Origin: Arcobacteraceae bacterium | GTDB lineage: Bacteria; Campylobacterota; Campylobacteria; Campylobacterales; Arcobacteraceae | Length of the DNA stretch: 64,000 nt | Assembly: GCA_048268245.1 (NCBI GenBank) | Contig: JBLWVX010000003.1 | Location: 94,530 to 158,529, forward strand | Reading direction: 5' to 3' | Part shown: piece by piece, positions 20,998-31,611 of the stretch | How the letters are laid out: each line of letters opens with the position of its first letter | Position numbering within the stretch: the stretch's first letter is position 1 | The notes under the pieces: model-generated | What the model was told of the DNA's origin: nothing | What the model saw: the letters and a program-made list of their open reading frames with translations, nothing else | Databases searched by the model: none | Translations under genes and position numbers: made by a program

Positions 20998-21411
20998 TTA
21001 ACAAATTTCTCTGTCAGAGAAGAAGAATTTAATTTCATTTGCTGCATTTTCTAATGAATCTGAACCGTGAACTGCATTAGCATCAATTGATTCTGCAAAA
21101 TCTGCTCTGATTGTTCCAGCTGCTGCTTCTTTAGGATTTGTAGCACCCATTAAGTCTCTGTTTTTAGCCATTGCGTCTTCACCTTCTAAAACAGTTACTA
21201 CAACTGGTCCAGAAATCATGAATTCAACTAATTCACCAAAGAATGGTCTTTCAGCGTGTACTGCGTAGAATGCTTCTGCATCAGCTTTGCTTAATTGAAC
21301 TTTTTTAGTTGCTGCAATTCTTAATCCATTTGATTCAAATCTGTCTAAGATTTTACCTACAACATTTTTAGCTACCGCGTCAGGTTTGATGATTGATAGT
21401 GTTTGTTCCAT
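20998..21411 (-). CDS. ndk: Nucleoside diphosphate kinase
   Basis: [18 protein letters not shown]. Confidence 0.98.
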   Translation of the reverse strand: MEQTLSIIKPDAVAKNVVGKILDRFESNGLRIAATKKVQLSKADAEAFYAVHAERPFFGELVEFMISGPVVVTVLEGEDAMAKNRDLMGATNPKEAAAGTIRADFAESIDANAVHGSDSLENAANEIKFFFSDREIC

Positions 21412-21463
21412 ATTTATATATCCCTCAATATTTTTTTAAGTCGCGGATTATACCTAAAAAAAT

Positions 21464-21501
21464 AAAAAAAGGCAAGTAGTTGAAAAAACTACTTACCTTT
21501 T
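21464..21501 (-). terminator. Intrinsic terminator after the ferredoxin gene
   Basis: aaaaggcaagtagtt / aactacttacctttt hairpin followed by a U-run on the minus strand. Confidence 0.65.
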
Positions 21502-21532
21502 ATAGTGTTTGGATACAGTTAAAAACTAAAAA

Positions 21533-21808
21533 TTAGTCTTCTACTACAGGAGTTCCAGCTTCACCTCTGTCTTCTTTTTCAACAGAACCTGAACCAGCTT
21601 CATCCCATACAATACATCCTTCAGTTGGACATGCATCAGCACATGCTGGCTCATCATTGTGACCTACACACTCAACACATTTGTCAGCGTATACATAATA
21701 TACATCTTCACCAGTTGGGTTATCATCGTTATCAACAATTGCTTCTACTGGACACTCATCTAAACATGCGTCACAGCTAATACAAATATCAGTAATTTTT
21801 ACTGCCAT
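21533..21808 (-). CDS. fdxA: 2x[4Fe-4S] ferredoxin
   Basis: CISCDACLDECP and CVECVG...CADACP; divergent from ahpC as in Campylobacter. Confidence 0.9.
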   Translation of the reverse strand: MAVKITDICISCDACLDECPVEAIVDNDDNPTGEDVYYVYADKCVECVGHNDEPACADACPTEGCIVWDEAGSGSVEKEDRGEAGTPVVED

Positions 21809-21943
21809 AGTAAATCTCCTATATAATAAATTTAGTAAAACTTTATCACAGTAAATATAAAATTAACTTTAAAAAATAAAAATTATCAAATGATACTAAA
21901 AATGTAGCATTTATGGTAACACTGGCCATTTATTAAATTAAAA

Positions 21944-21958
21944 TGATAATGATTATTG
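21944..21958. promoter_or_regulatory. Candidate Fur/PerR box
   Basis: TGATAAT-G-ATTATTG, close to the 7-1-7 Fur consensus, in the fdxA/ahpC divergent region. Confidence 0.55.
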
Positions 21959-22118
21959 AGATAAATAAAACATTATAAATATACTCGCATATTAAGGATA
22001 AAAATTATCTTAGGATAAATTTTTACAAATTTTAAAATTTAAGGAAAGTTGTAGCTTAATTTGAAAGTTTTTGGTGTATAATTACATCACAAATAAAAAA
22101 TTAATAAAGGAATTAAAT

Positions 22119-22715
22119 ATGTTAGTAACTAAAAAAGCTCCAGATTTTACAGCTACAGCTGTACTTGCAGACGGACAAATTGTTGAAGATTTTAACCTAT
22201 ATGAGAACATTGGTGAGAATGGTGCGGTATTATTTTTCTACCCATTAGACTTTACTTTTGTATGTCCTTCTGAGATTATTGCATTCTCTAAAAGAATTGA
22301 AGAGTTCTCTTCAAGAGGTATCAATGTAATTGGTGTTTCTGTTGACTCACAATTCTCTCACTTTGCTTGGAGAGAAACTGCAGTTGAAAATGGTGGAATT
22401 GGAAGAATCAAGTACCCATTAGTTGCAGACTTATCTAAACAAATTTCTAGAGATTACGATGTATTATTCGGAGATTCAGTTGCTTTAAGAGGTTCTTTCT
22501 TAATTGATAAAGATGGAACTGTAAGACACGCTGTAATTAATGACTTACCATTAGGAAGAAACATTGATGAAATGATTAGAATGGTTGACACAATGTTATT
22601 TACTAACGAGCATGGTGAAGTTTGTCCTGCAGGATGGAACAAAGGTGATGAAGGTATGAAAGCTTCAACAGAAGGTGTAGCTGAATATTTAGGTAAGCAC
22701 GAGGGTGACTTATAA
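22119..22715 (+). CDS. ahpC: 2-Cys peroxiredoxin AhpC
   Basis: FFYPLDFTFVCPSE, GEVCPAGW; start at ATG 22119 after AAGGA. Confidence 0.97.
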   Translation: MLVTKKAPDFTATAVLADGQIVEDFNLYENIGENGAVLFFYPLDFTFVCPSEIIAFSKRIEEFSSRGINVIGVSVDSQFSHFAWRETAVENGGIGRIKYPLVADLSKQISRDYDVLFGDSVALRGSFLIDKDGTVRHAVINDLPLGRNIDEMIRMVDTMLFTNEHGEVCPAGWNKGDEGMKASTEGVAEYLGKHEGDL

Positions 22716-22736
22716 TATATAATTAAATGTATTTTA

Positions 22737-22762
22737 AATAAAGGTGTTTTTGCACCTTTATT
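22737..22762 (+). terminator. Terminator after ahpC
   Basis: aataaaggtgt-tttt-gcacctttatt. Confidence 0.65.
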
Positions 22763-22783
22763 GTCTAAGAGAAATCAATTTAA

Positions 22784-22812
22784 TTGACTTTTTTTCAAAT
22801 TAACACTACAAT
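22784..22812 (+). promoter_or_regulatory. Sigma70 promoter of rho
   Basis: TTGACT-N17-TACAAT. Confidence 0.65.
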
Positions 22813-22828
22813 TACACTATTACTTTTT

Positions 22829-22860
22829 AAACTACAAAAAAACTACAAAAAAACTACATA
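22829..22860 (+). repeat. Tandem 11-nt repeat (AAACTACAAAA, about 3 copies) in the rho leader
   Basis: aaactacaaaa aaactacaaaa aaactacata. Confidence 0.85.
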
Positions 22861-22893
22861 CTTAATATGTAAAATCAAAGGTTAAGATTACTC

Positions 22894-24216
22894 ATGGAAG
22901 AGTCTAAAACTCAAAGTAAAACAAAAAACACTAGGAAAACTAGAACTCATATACCTGTTGAAGGGTATAAAATTGAACAATTAAGAGAACTTCCTTTAGA
23001 AGATCTTTTAAATATCGCAAAAGAACTAGATGTAGAAAATCCCCAAGAATTAAAAAGACAAGATTTAATGTTCTCGATTTTAAAAAATCAAATTGATGCA
23101 GGTGGATTTATTTTATTCACAGGTATTTTAGAGATTAAAGAGGGTGGATTTGGATTCCTAAGAGCAATTGATGGAAACTTCTCTGATACATCAAATGATT
23201 CTTATGTAAGTGCTACACAAATTAGAAAATTTGCATTAAGAACTGGAGATATTGTAACTGGACAAGTTAGACCTCCAAATAAAGAAAGTGAAAAATATAA
23301 TGCTTTATTAAAAATTGAAGCAATTAATTATTTACCTATAAAAGCATCAAAAAACAGGCCATTATTTGACAACTTAACACCTTTATATTCAACTGAGAAA
23401 TTTAAATTTGAGTATGAATCAACTAGAATGACAGGAAGAATGCTTGATTTATTTGCTCCAATGGGTAAAGGTCAAAGAGGTCTTATCGTTGCACCTCCAA
23501 AAACTGGTAAAACTGAGTTATTAAAAGAGTTAGCTCATGGTATTACAAAAAATCATCCAGAAGTATCTTTAATGGTTCTTTTAATTGATGAAAGACCTGA
23601 AGAAGTTACAGATATGCAAAGAAGTGTAAAAGGTGAAGTTTATAGTTCAACTTTTGATTTACCTGCACATAATCATGTAAGAGTTGCTGAAATTGTTATT
23701 GAAAAAGCAAAAAGACTTGTAGAGATGAAAAAAGATGTAGTTATTTTACTTGATTCTATTACAAGATTAGCTAGAGCTTATAATACAGTAACACCAAGTT
23801 CTGGAAAGGTACTTTCAGGTGGGGTTGATGCAAATGCTTTACATAAACCAAAAAGATTCTTTGGTGCTGCTAGAAATATTGAAGAGGGTGGTTCTTTAAC
23901 AATTATTTCAACTGCATTAATTGAAACTGGTTCAAAAATGGACGAAGTTATTTTTGAAGAGTTCAAAGGAACAGGTAATAGTGAAGTTGTATTAAGTAGA
24001 GATGCAGCTAACAAAAGAGTATATCCAGCTCTTGATATTACTAAATCAGGAACTAGAAAAGAAGAATTACTTCTTACTCCTGAAATTTTACAAAAAACAT
24101 GGATTTTAAGAAATGCTATTGCTTCTATGGATGAAGTTGAAGCACTTAAGTTCTTATATTCAAAAATGAAAAAGACAAAAGACAATGAAGAGTTTTTTGC
24201 AGGAATGAATGAATAG
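22894..24216 (+). CDS. rho: Transcription termination factor Rho
   Basis: [39 protein letters not shown]. Confidence 0.98.
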   Translation: MEESKTQSKTKNTRKTRTHIPVEGYKIEQLRELPLEDLLNIAKELDVENPQELKRQDLMFSILKNQIDAGGFILFTGILEIKEGGFGFLRAIDGNFSDTSNDSYVSATQIRKFALRTGDIVTGQVRPPNKESEKYNALLKIEAINYLPIKASKNRPLFDNLTPLYSTEKFKFEYESTRMTGRMLDLFAPMGKGQRGLIVAPPKTGKTELLKELAHGITKNHPEVSLMVLLIDERPEEVTDMQRSVKGEVYSSTFDLPAHNHVRVAEIVIEKAKRLVEMKKDVVILLDSITRLARAYNTVTPSSGKVLSGGVDANALHKPKRFFGAARNIEEGGSLTIISTALIETGSKMDEVIFEEFKGTGNSEVVLSRDAANKRVYPALDITKSGTRKEELLLTPEILQKTWILRNAIASMDEVEALKFLYSKMKKTKDNEEFFAGMNE

Positions 24217-24381
24217 AAGAGATAATCTCTTTTATTCAAAACAATAAACTATACAAAACTAGTCAAAAATAAACTACACAAAATTACAATTAATTTCAAA
24301 AAAATTCTATTTTTATTCTATATTTAACACATATTTTATTCAAATTTCTATACTATTCCATCACTTAATGAAGGATTTATC

Positions 24382-25338
24382 ATGATAACTATAGAGAATT
24401 TAAATAAATACTATGGTGATACAAAAGTTTTAAATGATATTTCTATAGATATTAAAAAAGGTGAGATGTTTGCTATTGTAGGACACAGTGGCGCTGGAAA
24501 ATCTACACTACTTAGATGTATTAATGGACTTGAAGATTATAGTGATGGTTCATTAAAAGTTAATAACAAAGAAATAAAATCTTTAAATAAACAGCAGTTA
24601 AGAGAATTTAGAAAAAATATTGGAATGATATTCCAACATTTTTCACTAGTACAAAGAAAAACTGTTTTTGAAAATGTAGCACTACCAATGCAACTTTGGG
24701 GATACAGTAAAGAAGAGATTTTAAAAAAAGTAAAAGAGTTATTAGCTTTAGTTGGTTTGGAGCAAAAAGTTGATGCGTATCCAAATCAATTAAGTGGAGG
24801 TCAAAAGCAAAGAGTAGCAATTGCTAGAGCTTTGACATTAGACCCTGATGTATTATTAAGTGATGAAGCAACTTCAGCACTTGATCCAAATACAACTACA
24901 TCAATTTTAAATCTATTAAAAGAGATAAATGAAAAACTAAATATTACTATAGTTCTAGTAACTCACGAAATGGAAGTTGTAAAACAAATAGCTCAAAAAG
25001 CTTTACTTTTAGAACATGGAAATATTATAGGTTTTGATGACACAGAAGAGTTATTTTTAAAACCTGATGAAAAAATGAAAGACTTTTTAGGAGAAACTGA
25101 GGTCGTTCCTAATGATGGTGTAAATATAAAATTATATTTCCCAAAAGATAATGCATATCAGTCATTTATAACAAAAATGGCAAGAGAGTTAGATATGGAC
25201 TTTAATATCGTATGGGGAAAACTTGAAGAGATTAATTCTCATATTGTTGGAAATATGGTTATTAATATAAAAGATGAAGATAGACTTGTAGTTACAAACT
25301 ACATTAAAGAGCATGACATTGTATGGGAGGTTTTATAA
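24382..25338 (+). CDS. metN: Methionine ABC transporter ATPase
   Basis: [26 protein letters not shown]-terminal NIL-like domain. Confidence 0.92.
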   Translation: MITIENLNKYYGDTKVLNDISIDIKKGEMFAIVGHSGAGKSTLLRCINGLEDYSDGSLKVNNKEIKSLNKQQLREFRKNIGMIFQHFSLVQRKTVFENVALPMQLWGYSKEEILKKVKELLALVGLEQKVDAYPNQLSGGQKQRVAIARALTLDPDVLLSDEATSALDPNTTTSILNLLKEINEKLNITIVLVTHEMEVVKQIAQKALLLEHGNIIGFDDTEELFLKPDEKMKDFLGETEVVPNDGVNIKLYFPKDNAYQSFITKMARELDMDFNIVWGKLEEINSHIVGNMVINIKDEDRLVVTNYIKEHDIVWEVL

Positions 25339-25976
25339 TGGTTGATATTTTATTACCTGCACTTGGTGAAACTGTATATATGTCGTTTGTATCTACTTTT
25401 TTAGCTGTTGTTATTGGATTTTTTTTAGCAATTGTTCTAATTTTCACTTCAAAAGGTGGTTTAAGAGAGAATTTAAAGGTTTATACAGTTTTAGATGTTG
25501 TTATAAATACTTTAAGATCATTTCCTTTTATTATTTTGATGATTGTTCTATTTCCTTTGACAAAGTTTTTAATTGGAAAAAGTATTGGAACAACAGCTGC
25601 AATTATTCCTCTTACAATTGGTGCTGCTCCATTTATTGCAAGATTAATAGAGAGTGCTTTTAAAGAAGTGGATAAGGGAGTGATTGAAGCTGCAAAATCT
25701 TTTGGAGCAAGTGATACTCAAATTATATTTAAAGTGATGCTAGTAGAAGCATTACCAAGTATTATTTCAGCAATCACTTTAACACTTATTACAGTTATTG
25801 GATTTTCTGCTATGGCAGGGGCTGTAGGTGGTGGAGGTTTAGGAGATGTAGCTATTAAATATGGTTATTATAGATTCCAAACTGATACTATGATTTATAC
25901 GGTTATTATTCTTATTGCACTTGTTCAAGTAGTTCAAAGTGCTGGGGATTATTTATACAAAATTACAAAAAAATAA
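25338..25976 (+). CDS. metI: Methionine ABC transporter permease
   Basis: RSFPFIIL, SAMAGAVGGGGLG; start moved to ATG 25338. Confidence 0.92.
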   Translation: MVDILLPALGETVYMSFVSTFLAVVIGFFLAIVLIFTSKGGLRENLKVYTVLDVVINTLRSFPFIILMIVLFPLTKFLIGKSIGTTAAIIPLTIGAAPFIARLIESAFKEVDKGVIEAAKSFGASDTQIIFKVMLVEALPSIISAITLTLITVIGFSAMAGAVGGGGLGDVAIKYGYYRFQTDTMIYTVIILIALVQVVQSAGDYLYKITKK

Positions 25977-25996
25977 AAAAATAGAAAGGAAAATAT

Positions 25997-26803
25997 ATGT
26001 TAAAAAATTTATTAAAAGTACTACTTACTGTAGCAGTTGCTTTAGGATTAGTAGCTTGTACTGATTCAAAAGAAGAGAAAAAAGTTGAGTCAAAAGTTAT
26101 AAAAGTTGGAGCTACTCCTGTTCCTCATTCTGAGATTTTAGAAATAGCACAACCTTTATTAAAAGCTAAAGGTTATGATTTACAAATTGTTGAGTTTACT
26201 GATTATGTAACTCCAAATATTGCTGTTGATGAGGGTGAGTTAGATGCTAACTTCTTCCAACATGAGCCATATTTAATTGAGTTTAATAAAAGTAAAAATA
26301 CAAAATTAGTTAAAACTGTAAATGTTCACTTAGAGCCAATGGGACTTTATTCAAATAAGTTAAAAAACTTAGATGAATTACAAGATGGTGCAACAATTGC
26401 TGTTCCAAATGACCCAACAAATGAGAGTAGAGCTTTAGATATTTTAGAGAAAAAAGGTTTATTAACATTTAATGATGTTCAATTTAAAACAGCTTTAGAT
26501 ATCAAAGATAATCCAAGAAACTTAAAAATCAAAGAGTTAGATGCTCCTCAATTACCAAGAGTTTTAGATGAAGTTGATGGTGCTATTATTAATACAAACT
26601 ATGCTTTAGCAGCTAATTTAAATCCTTTAAAAGATGCTTTAATTATTGAGCCAAAAGATTCTCCATATGCTAATATTTTAGTTGTAAAAGCTGGTAATGA
26701 AAATAGTGAAGCTATTAAAGCTTTAAATGAAGTATTAAACTCAACAGAGATTAAAAACTTTATTGCTGAAAAATATGAAGGTTCTATTGTAGAAGCTTTT
26801 TAA
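25997..26803 (+). CDS. metQ: Methionine-binding lipoprotein
   Basis: Lipobox LVAC, GATPVPH, ANFFQH, PNDPTNESRAL. Confidence 0.92.
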   Translation: MLKNLLKVLLTVAVALGLVACTDSKEEKKVESKVIKVGATPVPHSEILEIAQPLLKAKGYDLQIVEFTDYVTPNIAVDEGELDANFFQHEPYLIEFNKSKNTKLVKTVNVHLEPMGLYSNKLKNLDELQDGATIAVPNDPTNESRALDILEKKGLLTFNDVQFKTALDIKDNPRNLKIKELDAPQLPRVLDEVDGAIINTNYALAANLNPLKDALIIEPKDSPYANILVVKAGNENSEAIKALNEVLNSTEIKNFIAEKYEGSIVEAF

Positions 26804-26814
26804 TAAAATCTTTA

Positions 26815-26848
26815 TATTGAATAGGAAAGTTTTCTTTTCTATTCAATA
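26815..26848. terminator. Bidirectional terminator between metQ and the glycosylase gene
   Basis: tattgaataggaaag / cttttctattcaata. Confidence 0.6.
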
Positions 26849-26853
26849 CTTTT

Positions 26854-27519
26854 TTAAGTTTTATTCTTAAATACTTTTTCATATTGCTCAACTCTAAAAT
26901 CAAAGGTAGTATAGTTTTGATTTTCAAGTTTTCTTTTTTTATATAAAGCATTTGAACCTATATATCTGTTTGCAGCATTTGATGGAGATGTTAGGCTTAT
27001 AGTTTTTATAACTCTATTATCAAAAGAAAAACTATGAACTTTTGGTATTTCTTTTGAGATTAAATTATACTTGATATTTTCTTTTTTTAATAGCTGTCTT
27101 AAAAAATATTCAGGACCATTTTTACTATTTCCACCTGTGAATATTAGAGTTTCTATATTTTTATATTGTTTTAAATAAGCTAGAATATCTCGAAGTTTAA
27201 CTTCACTCATTCCTAAATCACTTGCATCAACTTTTTCTCTTTTACAAGATTGTACAATATCACAAATCCCAATTTGTTTTTTTATCAAAAACTCTTTTCT
27301 TTGATTTACTGCTTCTTTTGTATTATTATAAAGTAAATTTAAATCAAATATTTTATCAAGGCACTTCCATAAAAGACCATCTTGTGAACCATAACAAAAG
27401 TCAACATCATTGATTTTAAAATCTTTTTTGCAAAATCTAGGAGGTGGTAGTGTGCCTATTATTACTTTTTTTGTATCATTATTTAAAAATGGTTCATAAG
27501 GGTGAAAGTGAAAAAACAA
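26854..27519 (-). CDS. Uracil-DNA glycosylase superfamily protein (MUG/HDG-like)
   Basis: HPYEP, IGTLPP, YGS, DASD, LTSPS. Confidence 0.8.
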   Translation of the reverse strand: MFFHFHPYEPFLNNDTKKVIIGTLPPPRFCKKDFKINDVDFCYGSQDGLLWKCLDKIFDLNLLYNNTKEAVNQRKEFLIKKQIGICDIVQSCKREKVDASDLGMSEVKLRDILAYLKQYKNIETLIFTGGNSKNGPEYFLRQLLKKENIKYNLISKEIPKVHSFSFDNRVIKTISLTSPSNAANRYIGSNALYKKRKLENQNYTTFDFRVEQYEKVFKNKT

Positions 27520-27656
27520 AAGTAGCCTTTTAATTAAATATTATTTTACAAAGATTTATTAGTTTTAACATTTTTATTATAAAAATACCCTAATTGTTTT
27601 CATCTACTTTTTTGACCTTTTTAGATATAATCCCTTAAATTTATAAAAGGCAAAAG

Positions 27657-28454
27657 TTGAAAGTAGGTGTATTTGATTCTGGACTTGGTGGTCTTACAGT
27701 TGTAAATGCTATCAAAGATGTTTTTAAAGGTGCTGATATTTTTTATATTGCTGATACAGCCCATGCTCCTTATGGAGTAAAAAGCCATGAACAAATTCTT
27801 CAAAGATGTATAGAGCTTACAAACTATTTTATAAAAGAGTATAAAATAGAGGTTTTAATTGTAGCTTGTAATACGGCAACTTCTGCTGCTATAAAGCATT
27901 TAAGAGAAAACTTTCCTTTTTTAATCGTGATAGGAACAGAACCTGGAATCAAACCAGCTATAGAAAATACAAAAAGTTTAAGTGTTGGTGTTTTAGCAAC
28001 TCCTGCAACTTTGAAGGGTGATAAGTATCAAACTTTAGTTGATAATCTTTCACGCAATAAAGAAGTAAAACTTTTTGAACAAGAGTGCCCTGGTTTAGTA
28101 GAGCAGATTGAAAAAGGAAGAGTTTTACATAATGACACAAATGAGATGTTAGAAAAATGGCTTCTTCCTATGAAAGACAATGGGGTTGATACTATTGTTT
28201 TAGGTTGTACACATTATCCTTTGGTATCCCAAGCTATAAAAGGCATTATGGGTGAGGGTGTAAATCTAATTCAAACAGGAGAAGCTATTGCAAATAGACT
28301 AATTAGTTTAAGTTCACAAAAGGGACATACTAACTTAGGAGATTTAAAAATATCTATTTGTTACACAGGTGAATTAAATAAAAATATGGTGAATATGATT
28401 TTTAAAGAGTATGAAAAACAAGATGAAATAATGGTAAGGAAATGTGAAGTATGA
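27657..28454 (+). CDS. murI: Glutamate racemase
   Basis: FDSGLGG, PYG, ACNTAT, LGCTHY. Confidence 0.97.
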   Translation: MKVGVFDSGLGGLTVVNAIKDVFKGADIFYIADTAHAPYGVKSHEQILQRCIELTNYFIKEYKIEVLIVACNTATSAAIKHLRENFPFLIVIGTEPGIKPAIENTKSLSVGVLATPATLKGDKYQTLVDNLSRNKEVKLFEQECPGLVEQIEKGRVLHNDTNEMLEKWLLPMKDNGVDTIVLGCTHYPLVSQAIKGIMGEGVNLIQTGEAIANRLISLSSQKGHTNLGDLKISICYTGELNKNMVNMIFKEYEKQDEIMVRKCEV

Positions 28455-30760
28455 GTGAATCAGTAGAAAAAAGAGTTTTGGCTTTAAAGTATAGACCACA
28501 TAGATTTGAAGATTTAGTAGGACAAAGCACAGTTTCACAAACACTATCTTTGGCATTGGATTCAAATAGATTATCTCATGCTTACTTATTTAGTGGTCTA
28601 AGAGGAAGTGGTAAAACAAGTACTGCTAGAATTATGGCAAAAGCTTTATTATGTAGCCAAGGTCCTACTTCAAAACCATGTGAAGTTTGTGATAATTGTA
28701 AAAGTGCAAACTCTTCAAGACACTTAGATATTATAGAAATGGATGCAGCTTCAAATAGAGGTATTGATGATATTAAAGATCTAATTGAACATACTAAATA
28801 TAAGCCAAGTAGTGCTAGATTTAAAGTGTTTATTATCGATGAAGTTCATATGCTTACTACACAAGCTTTTAATGCCTTACTTAAGACTTTAGAAGAACCT
28901 CCTGGTTTTGTAAAGTTTATTTTAGCAACAACGGATCCTTTAAAACTTCCTGCTACTATTCTTTCAAGAACTCAGCACTTTAGATTTAATAAAATCTCAA
29001 ACTCTGATGTAATTCATCATTTATCTCATATTTTAAATGAAGAGGGAATTGATTATGAAAGTGAAGCTTTAGAAATTTTAGCTAGAAGTGGACAAGGAAG
29101 TTTAAGAGATACTTTAACTATGCTTGACCAAGCTATTATTTTCTCAAAAGGAAGAGTGTCAACTACAGCTGTTGTTGATATGCTAGGACTTATAGACCCA
29201 GAGGTTATGGATACAATTTTCCAAGTAGTTTTAAATAAAGGTGATATTACAGCTATTGTAAAAGAGCTTGAGAACTATGAAGTATCACAGGTTTGTGATG
29301 AAATGACAATTTATTTAAAGCATAGAATGTTAGAAAAAGATTCAAGATTTGATTTACTTTTATATGATAGATTTTTTAGAATACTAAGTGATGCAAAACA
29401 TCTTTTAGCTATGAACTCTGATGGTGGTTTTGTACTTATTTTAACACTAATGAAAATGATTGAGGCTGTTGATATTAGAACAATTGATGAAATTATTGAT
29501 CAAGTTCAAAAAGTAAAAGAAAAAGAAGACCCACAAGTTAATCAAGTAGCAAAACAAACAGCTCAAACACCTCAAGTGTCTACACCAAAAGTTGAAGAAG
29601 CTCCTAAAACAGTAGTTCAAGAAATAATTGAAACTCCTCAAGTGAAAATTGAAGAAGTAAATCATACTCAAGATATACAAGAAGTTCCAGTTTTAAAACC
29701 ACAAAGTGTAGAAGATGTAGTTCAAAAAGTTGAGGAAACTATTCAATCACAAATAGAACAAAACCAAACACCAAATGATAATCCATTTGAAAATGAACCT
29801 GAAACGAAAATAGAAGAGCCCACAGCACAAGACATAGCTTATGCTAATAGTGTTGGTGATATTGTTGATTTAGGTGTTACTGATGCAATTGAAACTGTAA
29901 CTTATCCTACACCATTTGATGATTTACCAACAACTGCACCTACAGTAAATACACAAGAGCAAAAGCAAAGTGAAAAGTTAACTGCTGATATTCAAGAGCC
30001 ACAAATAAACCAAAATATACAAACTACTATGTCTCAGAATAATGAGTCTTTAGTAAATAATATAGATTCAAATCCTTTTGAGCAAACAATAGTTCAAAAT
30101 GCACAAGAAAATCAACCTACACCTCAAAATGTAGAGCCAACTAGTTCTGATGAAATTCATGTAGAAGCAGTTGAACAACAAGTAGCAGTAAATCCAAATA
30201 TGGAAGTAGAAGCTGTTCCTTTTGAAGAAGAAGTACAAAAAGAGCCAGCTGTAAATGATTTATATAGTAAATTAACTCAAAAGGTTTATGAAAGAGATTA
30301 TACTTTAGGTGAATGTTTTGAGAAGAACTTTATTTTTAATGGTCATGAAAATAATAAGCTATATATAATATCAAGAGCCCAAGGTGATGATAGAAAGTTT
30401 TTATATAAACACTTTGGACTGATAAGAACATTTGCTCAAGATGTTTTTGGAAATGAAATTGAGCTAGATTTTACAAAGGAGCCAGCCCGCAAGGTCTTAG
30501 AAGAAACTAAACCTAGTAAGGAAGAACCAGAAGTAAAAGAAGAGTCTAATTCATTATTACAAAATAATTCAAATGATACAGGTTCTATGCTTGAGGATGT
30601 TGAAGTTGGCTCTGGTTGTGTTGCAGATATGCAAAAAGTTGCATCTCCTAAACCATCACAGAAAGAGTTACAGTTAAACGATATACTAAATTCTCCTATG
30701 CTAAATAGAGCAAAAGAGCTTTTAGATGTAAAGAAAATAACAGTTAAATCAAGAAGTTAA
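28451..30760 (+). CDS. dnaX: DNA polymerase III subunit gamma/tau with a long low-complexity linker
   Basis: LALKYRP, GLRGSGKT, zinc motif, EMDAAS, DEVHML, GSLRD. Confidence 0.96.
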   Translation: MSESVEKRVLALKYRPHRFEDLVGQSTVSQTLSLALDSNRLSHAYLFSGLRGSGKTSTARIMAKALLCSQGPTSKPCEVCDNCKSANSSRHLDIIEMDAASNRGIDDIKDLIEHTKYKPSSARFKVFIIDEVHMLTTQAFNALLKTLEEPPGFVKFILATTDPLKLPATILSRTQHFRFNKISNSDVIHHLSHILNEEGIDYESEALEILARSGQGSLRDTLTMLDQAIIFSKGRVSTTAVVDMLGLIDPEVMDTIFQVVLNKGDITAIVKELENYEVSQVCDEMTIYLKHRMLEKDSRFDLLLYDRFFRILSDAKHLLAMNSDGGFVLILTLMKMIEAVDIRTIDEIIDQVQKVKEKEDPQVNQVAKQTAQTPQVSTPKVEEAPKTVVQEIIETPQVKIEEVNHTQDIQEVPVLKPQSVEDVVQKVEETIQSQIEQNQTPNDNPFENEPETKIEEPTAQDIAYANSVGDIVDLGVTDAIETVTYPTPFDDLPTTAPTVNTQEQKQSEKLTADIQEPQINQNIQTTMSQNNESLVNNIDSNPFEQTIVQNAQENQPTPQNVEPTSSDEIHVEAVEQQVAVNPNMEVEAVPFEEEVQKEPAVNDLYSKLTQKVYERDYTLGECFEKNFIFNGHENNKLYIISRAQGDDRKFLYKHFGLIRTFAQDVFGNEIELDFTKEPARKVLEETKPSKEEPEVKEESNSLLQNNSNDTGSMLEDVEVGSGCVADMQKVASPKPSQKELQLNDILNSPMLNRAKELLDVKKITVKSRS

Positions 30761-30769
30761 AGGAGAGAT

Positions 30770-31609
30770 ATGAAAAAGGCATTAAAAGTTTTAAGTTTAA
30801 CAAGTTTATGTACTACATTACTTTTTGCAAATATTAATGATAAAGAAGTTATAGAATTTGAAAAAAACAGACTTGGATTAAACCCTAATGTAGAAGTTTT
30901 AAATGTAGAAGTTAGTTTAAAAAAACAAATGCCTTTAGAAGATTGGTATGGATATATTTTAAATGTTCAAGCACAAATACCAACTTCTAAAGATACTTCA
31001 AAAATAGTAGATGTTAAAGATATTGTTTTTACAAATGGAGAATATGTATCATTAGATTTATTAGATTTAAAAACAGGTAAATCTTTAAAAAGTTTAGTTA
31101 CTCCAACTTTAACAAAAGAGTATTATAGAGAAGATAGATTAATCGCAGGTAATCATAATGCAAAAGACAAAATAGTGATTTTCTCTGATCCTTTATGTCC
31201 TTTTTGTATGGACTATGTACCAGATGTAATAAACTACGTAAATAAAAATAGTGATAACATAGCTTTATACTATTATCATTTCCCATTACTTAGAATACAT
31301 CCAGCAGCAGGACCATTGTCTCAAATTATGGAAGTAGCAAAACATAAAAACATAAAAGATTTAGAACTAAAAGTTTATGAGATTGATTGGGATAAGTACT
31401 TTGACTCAAAATCAAATAATACAAATAAAATATTAGAAGCTTTTAATAAAGAACTTAAAACAAATATCACGTTAGAAGAACTAAAAAAAGCAAATATCCA
31501 AAAAGATATAAGCATGGGTGAAGATGTGATGGTTCAAGGAACACCAACTATTTTTGTAAATGGTAAAAAAGATAGCACAAGAGAAAAATATAAAACATTA
31601 GGGAAGTAA
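30770..31609 (+). CDS. Exported thioredoxin-fold Dsb protein
   Basis: Signal peptide, FSDPLCPFC, HFPL, GTPT. Confidence 0.85.
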   Translation: MKKALKVLSLTSLCTTLLFANINDKEVIEFEKNRLGLNPNVEVLNVEVSLKKQMPLEDWYGYILNVQAQIPTSKDTSKIVDVKDIVFTNGEYVSLDLLDLKTGKSLKSLVTPTLTKEYYREDRLIAGNHNAKDKIVIFSDPLCPFCMDYVPDVINYVNKNSDNIALYYYHFPLLRIHPAAGPLSQIMEVAKHKNIKDLELKVYEIDWDKYFDSKSNNTNKILEAFNKELKTNITLEELKKANIQKDISMGEDVMVQGTPTIFVNGKKDSTREKYKTLGK

Positions 31610-31611
31610 AT

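Noticed and set aside
22829..22860. Repeat considered as a CRISPR array or replication-origin iterons
   Set aside because: Units are 11 nt with no spacers, and no cas genes or DnaA-box cluster were seen
29490..29540. Programmed -1 frameshift site in dnaX producing a gamma subunit
   Set aside because: The A-rich stretch reads CAA AAA GTA AAA GAA AAA GAA; I found no in-frame A_AAA_AAG heptamer, long A-run or downstream hairpin here
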